DNA of 64,000 nucleotides, taken from NCBI GenBank assembly GCA_963714015.1, contig OY970223.1:2592001-2656000 (forward strand). The letters are read 5' to 3'. The position numbers and the translations under genes were made by a program. This document shows positions 1-9,200 of the stretch, piece by piece; position 1 is the first letter of the stretch, and every line of letters starts with the position of its first letter. A model generated the notes under the pieces. That model saw only the letters and a list, made by a program, of their open reading frames with translations. It was not told where the DNA came from and made no database searches. Source of the stretch: Vulcanimicrobiota bacterium (GTDB lineage Bacteria > Vulcanimicrobiota > Vulcanimicrobiia > Vulcanimicrobiales > Vulcanimicrobiaceae).

Positions 1-1
1 C

Positions 2-786
2 ACGGGATACCCCCTCACCGGTGTCGCATGGGATGCAACGCACGGGCAACTGGACGTCGTCACGAGCAGCGGACCGACCAGCGGATTCGGTCAGCTCTTC
101 GTGTACAGCCCGGCACTGGTTCAGACGGCGACCGGCGCGTTCAACGTGACCGTTTTGAAGGCTGCGAAGAAAACGTGCAACGCGCTCGCGCAGATTGCCG
201 TGCAGCCTCCCTCGGGCAACATTCTGGCGGCATGCACGTCGTCCAGCCCGGGAACCAATAGCGGGTTCGTTCGCGTCGTCAGCGTCAGCGTCAGCGCGGG
301 CGTCGCAACAACGACCGACATCACGCCGGCAGCGCCCAAGTGGACCGACGGTGGAACGGCACTGTACGATCCGGGCGACATCTTGGTCGAGCCGAACGGC
401 AATGTTTTGGTTGGGGACCTTCAGACAAGCGGCTACTATTTCGACCCCAACGGCAACTACTTGAATTCAACATATAGCGATTGGACAAGTGCTGTATGGG
501 ACTCCGAATCGAGCACCGTTTGGGCAGTAATTAACAATCGAATAGCGAGTACGTCTATCAGCTCACTGCAAACGGGGACACGATTGTCAACGACTGGTCT
601 GTAAGTGGATTGCAGGATCTGCTGGCGTTCGATCCGGCCAACCAGTATCTTTACTCCCTTGCGAGCAACGGCAGCGCTGCGGTTTATGCACCAAACCAAG
701 CCACATACGGCACGTTACCCGTAGTCACTGTACCGGGTTCGTTTACCGGCTTAGCGGCGCCCGTGGAAGAAACTTCGACGTTGTAG
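2..786 (+). CDS. C-terminal part of a secreted beta-propeller-like protein (5' truncated by window; apparent frameshift ~602)
   Basis: Frame 2 is open from the window start (TGYPLTGVAWDATHGQL...). After the TAA at 602-604 a shifted frame continues in the same style (GLQDLLAFDPANQYLYSL...) to TAG at 786. Repeated 'AWD/AFDP/VEPNG' blade-like motifs. Confidence 0.5.
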
Positions 787-906
787 ACTCCGCAACGGGA
801 GGCAGATTCGATTCTGCCTCCCGTTTCGTCCGGCGCTATTCGGGCGACGCGCCGATCGCCGCCGGAATGGTCGCAGTATGCGCATCCCGAACCACTCGGC
901 GCACCA

Positions 907-1347
907 ATGAACAAACGGAATCTCAAGCCGGCTGGACGAGAACCGGAGCCGAAAGTGCCGGCAGATCTCAGCAAAGCGCTCGCCGGCGATCCGGCCGCAA
1001 AGAACAAATGGCGCGATCTTACGCCTATTGCGCGTAGAGATTTCATTTCGTGGATAGATGCCGCTAAACAGCCGGAAACTCGCAAGCGCCGGATCCGAAT
1101 CGCATGCTCGAAACTTGAAGCGGGGCAACGGCGCCCGTGCTGCTACTCAATCGTCCCACTCGATCTTCACAAGGCGTTGGCGGCTGCACCGAAAGCGAAG
1201 GCAAAGTGGAGCGGGCTTACGCCGACCGAGCGCAGGGACTTGATCGGTTGGATAGAGTCAGCGAAAGAGCGTGCAGATCGCAGCGGCCGAATCGAGGAAG
1301 CCTGCGTGACGCTGGCGACCGGAAAAACCATCAAGCACCGCCCCTAA
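907..1347 (+). CDS. YdeI/OmpD-associated (OmdA) family protein with two tandem domains
   Basis: Two copies of VPxDLxKALA...AKxKWxxLTPxxRRDxIxWIxxAKxxxxRxxRI. Confidence 0.8.
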   Translation: MNKRNLKPAGREPEPKVPADLSKALAGDPAAKNKWRDLTPIARRDFISWIDAAKQPETRKRRIRIACSKLEAGQRRPCCYSIVPLDLHKALAAAPKAKAKWSGLTPTERRDLIGWIESAKERADRSGRIEEACVTLATGKTIKHRP

Positions 1348-1415
1348 TAATGCGCTTAGCGCATCAATGAAGTTACGCCGAACCCCGGCGCCGCCCGTGC
1401 GGCGCATGCGGATAA

Positions 1416-2975
1416 ATGCGAATTGAAGCAGGCCGAAGATCCTTTCGGGGCGCACTATCAAGCATGAGCCGGCTGCGTTGCTGTGCCGTCATGATTTGCT
1501 GCTTTTTGGCAGCGACGGCGACCGCGCGCGCCCAGTCGCAACTTGCAGCGGTCCGCGTTCAGCCGGGATCGGGCGGCAATACGTTGGTCACGCTCACTTT
1601 CGCCGGCCCCGTCCCGCCGGGTTGGCACATCAATGGAATGGGCACGCAAGACGTTACCGTAGTCTTGCCGTTGACGTCGGTCTCTCCGCAAGTATCGCGG
1701 CTGTCTTACGCAGGTTCGGGGTCCGTCAATTCCATTCGACTGAGCGCCGCGCCAAGCGAGGTTGACGTGCTCATCGATCTCAATTCGCCGGTCCCCGTCT
1801 TCGGTGCGACCGCGCCCAACTCGATCTCGGTGATCGTCGCGCCCGCTCAAAAAGCAGCGACCCCTACACCCCGCGCGCCCGCCGCGCCGAAGGCGCGCGC
1901 CTCGCAACCCGGAGCCGCCGCCTATGTCGTGGTTCCGCTCAAGTATGCGGACATCAGCGAGGTTGTCGGCATTTTGGTTCAAGGGCAGTCGATTACGCCG
2001 AACGATACGTTTCAGCCGTCGGGATCGATCTTCAGCCTTCCCACGTCAACCGGATCGAATGCCGGGCCCGTCTATCAAAACGCGCCCGTCACCGCCTCGC
2101 AGCCCGAGAGCTTCGGCGAACGAATCAACGACAACGTCGCGGTGGATCGCCGTTTGAACGCGATCATTTTGTCGGGGACACCGGAGCAAGTCGCGCAGAT
2201 GCAAGCGGAAATTGCGCAGATCGACGTACCGCTGCCGAGCGTCATGCTTTCCTGCGAGATCGTGGAACTCACCCAGACCGCGGCGCACGATCTGGGCTTG
2301 GATTTGACGAGCGGCGGCCCGGGCACGCCGATAGGCACCGCCGGCGGTACCTTGACGTCGGGAGCGCTTCCGGCATTCCGCGCCGACTTTCAGGCAAGCC
2401 TCTTCGCCACCATCGCTCATGGCGGAGGACAGATTTTGGCGACGCCTCGCATCGTCGCGCTGAACGGCACGCCGGCGCAGATCTTAACCGGAGACGCGCT
2501 GCCGATCGTCTCCACCACGATCTATCCGGGACCTCCGACGATCACGCAGCAGAACGTGAACTACATCGCCGTTGGAATCAACCTGCAAATCCAGCCCCGA
2601 ATATCCAGCGACCACTTCGTCACCTCGCACATCTTCGCCGAAGTCTCGAGCGTTACGGCGTATGTGCCGACCCAGCAAGGCAACGTTCCGCAAATCAGTC
2701 TGCGCCAGGCGACGACCATGGCAACCGTAACCGACGGCCAGCCTTTCGTCATAGGCGGTTTGTTACAGGAAGAAGAGATTCAAAATCTCGCAAAGATTCC
2801 CGGCATCGGCGATTTGCCGCTCATCGGCGGACTCTTCCGTGTGCGGCACGATACGGAAACTCACACCAATTTGTACATTCTCATAACGCCGCACATCATC
2901 GATCCGGCTGCAGGCCCCCCTCCGGTCCCCGCGTTGCCTCAGCCCCGAGTTCCGGGTCCGACCCCGATTCCGTAA
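1416..2975 (+). CDS. Secretin (GspD/PilQ-like outer-membrane pore) with N-terminal signal peptide
   Basis: N3 motif VPLKYAD...VDRRLNAIILSG, secretin core ILATPRIVALNGTPAQILTGD, and KIPGIGDLPLIGGLFR...LYILITPHII. The true start may be 1465 or 1491. Confidence 0.9.
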   Translation: MRIEAGRRSFRGALSSMSRLRCCAVMICCFLAATATARAQSQLAAVRVQPGSGGNTLVTLTFAGPVPPGWHINGMGTQDVTVVLPLTSVSPQVSRLSYAGSGSVNSIRLSAAPSEVDVLIDLNSPVPVFGATAPNSISVIVAPAQKAATPTPRAPAAPKARASQPGAAAYVVVPLKYADISEVVGILVQGQSITPNDTFQPSGSIFSLPTSTGSNAGPVYQNAPVTASQPESFGERINDNVAVDRRLNAIILSGTPEQVAQMQAEIAQIDVPLPSVMLSCEIVELTQTAAHDLGLDLTSGGPGTPIGTAGGTLTSGALPAFRADFQASLFATIAHGGGQILATPRIVALNGTPAQILTGDALPIVSTTIYPGPPTITQQNVNYIAVGINLQIQPRISSDHFVTSHIFAEVSSVTAYVPTQQGNVPQISLRQATTMATVTDGQPFVIGGLLQEEEIQNLAKIPGIGDLPLIGGLFRVRHDTETHTNLYILITPHIIDPAAGPPPVPALPQPRVPGPTPIP

Positions 2976-2979
2976 GCGC

Positions 2980-3010
2980 ACAAAAGGCGCCCCCTTAAGA
3001 GCGCCCTTTG
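2980..3010. terminator. Probable bidirectional intrinsic terminator
   Basis: Imperfect hairpin AAAAGGCGCCC-cttaa-GAGCGCCCTTT between convergent genes. Confidence 0.55.
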
Positions 3011-3027
3011 ACACTAAGCCGCTAGAC

Positions 3028-4308
3028 CTATTTGTGCAGCTTGAGTTTTATCGGACGGCGCGGGCTTGGCCGGACCGTCTTCACCGCCGAGCGAGGCTCG
3101 AACGCACGCTCGAACGCGGGCGTCATCTCAGTCATATGCTCGTTCGAATAGCCGAGCCGCGTCGCATAGACGTGATAGTCGAAAGCGATCGAACTGCGGC
3201 CGCCCTGCATTTCACGCACGGTGAACCATCCGGAACTCTTCTGAGCGACGTAGAGGCCGCGCGTATCGCCGTCCGGTGTCAGCATGACCTGATACGGACC
3301 CTCGATCGAGCGCGCAAAGGCCGGATTCAAAGCAACTTGCGCCGTGCCCATCGATAAGCGCGCGGTTCCGTTGTCTTCGATGCCCGGGCTGGTCGACTGC
3401 GTCCCGTAGCTTCTGGCGACGTTGCCGTCTCGGGTGCGCGAGAACTGGTTGAGCGAGCCATGGTAGAACACGTCGCCGTTTCCGTCTACGAAGAACAGAT
3501 CGTTATTGCTGGTATCGGTCAAAACCAGTGGATACGTTCCCGATCCGGAGGGCGCGCGCGAGATGAGCCCGATGTATTGCCCGTACATTTCGACGCCGTC
3601 GCCTTGCGGGCTCGACCCGTTGTTTTCGAATCGCCCGGCGAGCTGACCGCTCGTAAACGAGTCGACGCCTTCTCCGGCCTCGTTGGACACCGCTTCGATT
3701 GCCGGATAACCGTTCGAGCAACCGCCCCCGCAGCCGTTCTGCGCGTAGATGGCGCTAGCGGAGTCGGAGTAGATGTCCGCGCCGTCAGCGCTTGCTCCAA
3801 GCGAATAGATTCCCGCTACGCCGGCATTCGGCGTGGAGGCGTAGAGTCCAAAATTTGCGCCCTGGCCGTAGACTCCGGCGCTGCCGCTGCTATTGATGCC
3901 TTCGACGGCTATGTCGTTCGTGCTGTAGCCGTACACGCCGGCATTATTAACGGATAGACCCTGCACGCCGAAGGCGTTGTTCGTTGCGGTGCCGAGCACT
4001 GCCGTATGTGTAGAATTGGACGTCGCGGTCGCGGCATAAAGCGCGGCTGTACCGTTTGTGGTCCGTGCCTCGACGCCATAGCCTGAAGCGGAGGTGCCTG
4101 AGACGCCTTGTCCGCTGCTCGTGTTCTTGCCGCCGGTGCACGCCGTCGATGTCGTGCTGCAGGTGACGATAGAAAATGCCTGAGCGATCGCCTTGCTGTT
4201 GAAGACCGCAAAAATTGCAAGCAACAGCAGCGGTATCGCTAATCCGGCTGCAGCCATTCGGAGAACGGGCCGTACTGCTTCCTTGCGGCCCTGTGGACGT
4301 TTCATCAT
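3028..4308 (-). CDS. Secreted Gly/Ser-rich repeat protein (GVxG repeats) with a phage-fibre-like C-terminal domain
   Basis: Signal peptide ending ...SKAIA-Q, repeated GVSG/GVQG/GVYG motifs, and C-terminal IEDNGTARL...YQVMLTPDGDTRGLYV...FTVRE...FDYHVYA. Confidence 0.65.
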   Translation of the reverse strand: MMKRPQGRKEAVRPVLRMAAAGLAIPLLLLAIFAVFNSKAIAQAFSIVTCSTTSTACTGGKNTSSGQGVSGTSASGYGVEARTTNGTAALYAATATSNSTHTAVLGTATNNAFGVQGLSVNNAGVYGYSTNDIAVEGINSSGSAGVYGQGANFGLYASTPNAGVAGIYSLGASADGADIYSDSASAIYAQNGCGGGCSNGYPAIEAVSNEAGEGVDSFTSGQLAGRFENNGSSPQGDGVEMYGQYIGLISRAPSGSGTYPLVLTDTSNNDLFFVDGNGDVFYHGSLNQFSRTRDGNVARSYGTQSTSPGIEDNGTARLSMGTAQVALNPAFARSIEGPYQVMLTPDGDTRGLYVAQKSSGWFTVREMQGGRSSIAFDYHVYATRLGYSNEHMTEMTPAFERAFEPRSAVKTVRPSPRRPIKLKLHK

Positions 4309-4417
4309 TATGAGGTTCCTTTTCTGACTGTTGATGCCGGAATACTAGCACGTGCACGTCCCGCGAACGTCCGCCGGCGGAACTATCAGAAATGTGAGAA
4401 CCAAAGGGCCCATGCCG

Positions 4418-4981
4418 CTACAGATGCTGGAGCAGTCCGACGGCCTCCAATGCCCGGGGATCGGAAAAATCGACGGCCAGTTCGCCGATAATTGCCGGCA
4501 CAGACGTCACCGTCACTCCGGTCTGCACCATACGATGGACCGAAGCTTTCTCGCTGCGTTCGGATGCTCCGTTGGAAGCGTCGAGCACCAGTTGCGCTTC
4601 GTACCCGCGCTCCTTTGCGCCCAGTGCCGCCCGCTGAGCGGCGATTTCCGTAATGATCCCCGCGATCAGAATAGTACTGCGTCCGGTGGAGTCGATTGCA
4701 CTACGAATTGCAGCATCGTCGAATGAATTCGTCGTTTGCCGCACGTGAATCGTCGCATCGTCACCGGCCACGCCGCGAAGGGCATGGGTAAGTTTCGGTG
4801 GACCATTCATCGCGATTCCACTAAAGACGATCGGAATGCCGAATAGCTTCGAGACGCTCGCCAGTGCGGCAACCGCTTTGTCGACGGACTTCGCAGGTGC
4901 GGTCCGCCCCATTTCGGCGATGCCTTCCTGGTGATCGACCAGAAGCAGGACGGCGCGCGTGGAAAGATCGTTCAAACTCAT
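4418..4981 (-). CDS. Isochorismatase-like (YcaC-like) hydrolase
   Basis: LLLVDHQ, RQTTNSFDD, ILIAGIITE and LVLDAS motifs. The usual catalytic Cys position reads Ala (TEIAA). Confidence 0.8.
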   Translation of the reverse strand: MSLNDLSTRAVLLLVDHQEGIAEMGRTAPAKSVDKAVAALASVSKLFGIPIVFSGIAMNGPPKLTHALRGVAGDDATIHVRQTTNSFDDAAIRSAIDSTGRSTILIAGIITEIAAQRAALGAKERGYEAQLVLDASNGASERSEKASVHRMVQTGVTVTSVPAIIGELAVDFSDPRALEAVGLLQHL

Positions 4982-5259
4982 GCGAGCGTTGTACCGCTAC
5001 ACCGGGCGCCCTACTCGCGAGACCCGCTACCGAGCAGCGGTGCCGTTGCTCGTTGGGTGTGAGTCCGGCACACCAAGCAGCAAACGAAGCCCGCCACTAG
5101 GATCGTACAGTCAGCTTGAGGTGCGCTTTGTATAGGCCGAAGTTGGCGCTTCGCTTCTGCTCGCCTTCCCAATGATGTACGCCTCGCCGGCACGGACATT
5201 ACTATTCGTGCCTGCGGGATGCGGCATCGCGAGCGTGCCGGCCGAATCCGGCGCGAAAT

Positions 5260-5278
5260 CATGACACTGCCTGTCATG
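5260..5278. promoter_or_regulatory. Perfect palindrome CATGACA-N5-TGTCATG, putative transcription-factor operator
   Basis: Seen directly in intergenic DNA, 23 bp upstream of the ORF at 5302. Confidence 0.55.
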
Positions 5279-5301
5279 TTTCTTCTGCTAAAAAGTTAAG
5301 T

Positions 5302-5643
5302 ATGAGCGGAATGATGAACTTAACGCATATCGGAGGACGCGCGCTCGATAGCGATCAGCGCGCGGCCCTCGGCCGCTTTGTCGACGACCTTGCCGACGTG
5401 CTTCGGGGTTCGGGTGTGGGCTCCGAACGGTTCGACCGTACGCTGGGATCGCTCAGTGCCGCATACCATGCCGCACTCATGACCGGTAAATGGCACGTCG
5501 TCGTGGCAATTCTCACCGAAACGCTCGACGATCTCGTCGAGCACCAGCCGGTAATCAGGGTTTCGGCCGCATTCCGGCGCCTGCGCGCAATTGTCCGCGA
5601 AAACTTGGATCTGCTTCCGTCGGAGATGCTGCGGCTGGCCTAA
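5302..5643 (+). CDS. Hypothetical helical protein
   Basis: 113-aa ORF filling the gap upstream of the Fpg-family gene. No recognisable motif. Confidence 0.5.
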   Translation: MSGMMNLTHIGGRALDSDQRAALGRFVDDLADVLRGSGVGSERFDRTLGSLSAAYHAALMTGKWHVVVAILTETLDDLVEHQPVIRVSAAFRRLRAIVRENLDLLPSEMLRLA

Positions 5644-5723
5644 CGCCCGCGCTCGCGGACGAATAGTAGTCTCGTCATCAGCGGACACGAGGCGAGCACA
5701 ATCGCCGCAAGGAACGTTGCCGC

Positions 5724-6635
5724 GTGCCGGAATTTCCCGACATCACCGCGTACATCGCCGCTCTGCAAGAACGCGTCGCCGGACGAAAGCTCTTGAGCGT
5801 GCGGATTGCGAACACGTTCTTTTTGCGCACGGCGCGGCCACCGATTTCCGATGCAACGGGGCGAACCGTTTGCGAGATCCGCCGCATCGGCAAGCGCATC
5901 GCCATCGGCCTCGACGGCGAGCTCTGGCTCGTCCTGCACTTGATGATCGCCGGGCGCCTGCATTGGAAAGAAGCCGGCGCAAAATTGGCCGGACGCAACA
6001 GTTTGGCGGCGTTCGACTTTGAGAACGGAACGCTTACCGTCACCGAAGCCGGCACCAAGCACCGCGCGTCGCTGCACGTCCTGGACGGAGAGGCGGCACT
6101 GCGCGCGCTCGATCCCGGCGGGATCGAGGTGTTCGCCGTCGGTATCGACGCTTTCCGTAACGCGCTGTCGGCCGAAAATCGCACGCTGAAACGAGCCCTG
6201 ACCGATCCGCGCGTAATCAGCGGCGTGGGCAACGCCTATTCGGACGAGATTCTGCATGCGGCGCAGCTTTCGCCCGTCGCGCTGACCCGCAAGCTGAACG
6301 ATGACGAGTGGAGGCGCCTCTTTGACGCCGCGCGCGAAACTCTGGCGCTTTGGAGCGATCGCCTCCGCGACGAAGCCCAGGGGCAATTTCCGGAGCATGT
6401 TACTGCTTTTCACGACCGGATGGCCGTGCACGGCCGGTACGGAAAGCCGTGTCCGCGTTGCGGCGAACGCGTATTGCGCATTCGCTATGCGGACAACGAA
6501 ACCAACTATTGCGCCCGTTGCCAAACCGGCGGCAAAATACTGGCGGACCGATCGCTCTCGCGTCTGTTGGGCCACGATTGGCCTCGCACCCTTGAAGAAC
6601 TCGAGAATCTCAGGCCATCCCGGCATCGATCTTAG
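5724..6635 (+). CDS. Fpg/Nei family DNA glycosylase/AP lyase (MutM-like)
   Basis: N-terminal MPEFPD, HLMIAGRL, H2TH motif SGVGNAYSDEILH, and zinc finger CPRC...YCARCQ. Confidence 0.92.
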   Translation: MPEFPDITAYIAALQERVAGRKLLSVRIANTFFLRTARPPISDATGRTVCEIRRIGKRIAIGLDGELWLVLHLMIAGRLHWKEAGAKLAGRNSLAAFDFENGTLTVTEAGTKHRASLHVLDGEAALRALDPGGIEVFAVGIDAFRNALSAENRTLKRALTDPRVISGVGNAYSDEILHAAQLSPVALTRKLNDDEWRRLFDAARETLALWSDRLRDEAQGQFPEHVTAFHDRMAVHGRYGKPCPRCGERVLRIRYADNETNYCARCQTGGKILADRSLSRLLGHDWPRTLEELENLRPSRHRS

Positions 6636-6684
6636 GGCGCGCGGTTGCACGAATAACTCCCGCGCCTAAGCGCCGCAGGCCCGG

Positions 6685-7284
6685 TCATTCCACGGTGTAG
6701 ACCTGCCCCGTCTGCGCCCCCTCGACGCTTTTACTGTACGCAAGCGCGACGCGTTTGACCGGCACCGCGTCGAACCCGCGAAAGTACGCGCCGAATTCGC
6801 CCATCGATTCGGCCACGACTGTCGGACTGACGGCATTGATACGTTGACCCGCAGGCAGCTCCAGCGCTGCCGAGCGCACGAAGCTCTCGAGTGCGCCGTT
6901 CACCATCGACGCGCTGGAACCGTACCGGATGGGATCCCGGCTGAGCGTCCCTGCGGTTAAAGTAATCGATCCCCCCGGATTCAGAAGCTCCCGAGCCGCG
7001 ATCACCAGATGAACTTGTCCCATCAGCTTGTCGCCCAACCCGATCGCGAAGTGCTCGGGCGTCATCTCTGCGAGCGGTCCAAAATGCACGCTGCCCGCAG
7101 CGCAAACAACGGCGTCGACGCTTCCGGCCGCCTGAAGCAGTTCGCGGACGCTTTGTAAGTCGGCGATGTTGACGCGCCTGTCGCCATGCGTCCTGCCCGC
7201 CGTGACGATCTCATGCCGGGGCCGAAGCTCTTCAACGACCGCTTTACCTATGGTGCCGTTCGCACCGATGACGAGAATCTTCAT
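6685..7284 (-). CDS. Short-chain dehydrogenase/reductase
   Basis: MKILVIGANGTIG Rossmann motif, KLMGQV and RINAVSP. Start moved to ATG at 7284. Confidence 0.88.
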   Translation of the reverse strand: MKILVIGANGTIGKAVVEELRPRHEIVTAGRTHGDRRVNIADLQSVRELLQAAGSVDAVVCAAGSVHFGPLAEMTPEHFAIGLGDKLMGQVHLVIAARELLNPGGSITLTAGTLSRDPIRYGSSASMVNGALESFVRSAALELPAGQRINAVSPTVVAESMGEFGAYFRGFDAVPVKRVALAYSKSVEGAQTGQVYTVE

Positions 7285-7306
7285 GACCCTCGTCAACTCG
7301 ACGCGG

Positions 7307-8236
7307 TCAGCCGGGGTTGCGGACGGCGTGTTTGCGCAGCTGGCCGTAGATAAGCCACGCAAAGGCGGCCGCGAGTAACAGATAGGGAGCGAAGAGCAGC
7401 AGCCACAGGCCGAATGCCATGAGCGCAATCGTGAATTGCGAGACGGAGTGCACCGCTCTTGCCCAGGCATTAGCCAGCTGGGCGCGCCAGGTTGGTTCCA
7501 CCGCCGCAGGCGCAAGCTCGGTCTGCACGTCCAGTTCGATCGTGGCGTAGACCACCCGATTTTTCATCGAAGCCAACTCGGACTCAAGCGTTTCGATCTG
7601 CTCGCGAACTTCGGAGAGCTGGTTCTCCGCGTCCATCACTTGGCTGACGCTCCCCGACCGATCCATGATGGCGCGAATGTCGGACTCAGTTTGACGAAGA
7701 TTGCGCAGCCTTGCTCCCGAGTCGGTAATATCCGAGGTCAAATCTTCCGCGCTTACCGAACGTTCCCGCACTTTACCGATTGCCGCCACGGAATCCATCG
7801 CCTGGTCGAAGCGGCTCTCGGGAATGCGCAGACTCATCTGCGCGGACGCTCCCGAATCTCCGTCTTGATGAGAGAGATCCAGCGAGAACACGTCTCCCGC
7901 ATTTCGCTTCGCGAGTCGCGATAACGCTGAAACCGCTGAGTCGACGTTCCCCACGTACAGGCTCAGCTTGCCGACTCGCGCGATCTGCGGAACGTTCGGC
8001 GAGGCCGGCGCCGGCGCAGCGGATGCGGAGGGCGTCAGAGCATCGACCTTCAGCGCAGGCTGCTGAAGGCCGGAATACAGAGGCGATCCAACCATCGCGC
8101 GCTGCGCATTTTGAGGTTGGTTCTGTCCGCTTTCCACGCCGGGCAGCTTGGAGGCGGCGAGGCTTCCCAATACCAGCACGATCGCTGCCGCGCCCACCAC
8201 CGCTACGACCGGATTTTCCAAGACACGATAACGCAT
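7307..8236 (-). CDS. DUF4349 domain membrane protein
   Basis: N-terminal TM segment, SLRIP...EDLT...D..ARL.NL...E..L...R..IE...YATI, and a C-terminal TM segment. Start moved to 8236. Confidence 0.8.
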   Translation of the reverse strand: MRYRVLENPVVAVVGAAAIVLVLGSLAASKLPGVESGQNQPQNAQRAMVGSPLYSGLQQPALKVDALTPSASAAPAPASPNVPQIARVGKLSLYVGNVDSAVSALSRLAKRNAGDVFSLDLSHQDGDSGASAQMSLRIPESRFDQAMDSVAAIGKVRERSVSAEDLTSDITDSGARLRNLRQTESDIRAIMDRSGSVSQVMDAENQLSEVREQIETLESELASMKNRVVYATIELDVQTELAPAAVEPTWRAQLANAWARAVHSVSQFTIALMAFGLWLLLFAPYLLLAAAFAWLIYGQLRKHAVRNPG

Positions 8237-8316
8237 TTGCGATCGTAACGCTTGCCGGCGTTGCGGCTGTGACGAAAGGGAGAAATGGAATGAGGCAGAA
8301 CGTTTACAGTCCAGAT

Positions 8317-9190
8317 ATGAGAGCGAGCTTTCGTGCCGCAGTCTATCTGGCCGCAACGCTGACCGCGTTTGCTCTATCGTCGTCGAATGGGATCGCATCG
8401 CGCGATCCCATTTCTCTTTCGGCGCTGGCTCCGGCGGATGAGTATTTCGGACGGCAAAAGCTCAGCCCGCTGGGGATCCGTCACGAGATATACACGCTCA
8501 AAGACGACCTCCACCACGCGCGAGAGCAGCCCGATTCCATACAGAACAAGGCGAATTTGATCGAAGACGCAGTGGACGACTGGGCGGCGCGTTTCCCCCA
8601 AGATCCGTGGCTTCCGTCGGCTGCTTGGCAGCTTGCAACGCTGTTCGAAGAACTTCCAGGCGTCGAAGCGCACGAGCACGCGATCGTCGTTTTGCAGCTG
8701 GTCAAGGACAAGTTTCCCGAAACGTCCTTTGCGGCCGATGCACAGCGCGATCTGAGCCGCGGCGTCGGCATCCGGCCGTGGCCGCACTGGGCCATTGCGC
8801 AAGCTGAAATCTTCGGCATCGCCTGCGGCGCATGGATCGGCGTTACCTACGTCGACCTCCTCGCCTTCACCATCTCCCGAGATCGCCGTGAACGACTCGC
8901 AGTCGCTGGTTCGCGCCATTCTGGGCGCGAATGCGACCCCGGATCCGCAACGAGCGTCGTACGTAGATCAGTTGGCCGACAAATTTTGGAGTCTCTCCCA
9001 CGGCGGGACGGATGCAGCCTATGCGCGCGCCGCCTGGGAGCTCGCGACACAATACGAACGCCTCCCCGGCCAGGACTCCAGAACGCAGGCCATTCGTTTT
9101 CTGGCGTTACTCGTGGACCGATATCCTCAGCAGATCTTCGGGAAGTGGGCACTGCGCGACTTGGAGCGCGGCATCGGTGAACGTTCCTAA
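8317..9190 (+). CDS. Secreted helical-repeat protein with an internal duplication (apparent frameshift ~8795)
   Basis: Signal peptide and APADEYFG motif. Two copies of AAWxLATxxExLPG...A+xxLxL+xD+xP...AxRDLxRG+GxR lie in different frames. Confidence 0.65.
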
Positions 9191-9200
9191 GAAGGACGGA

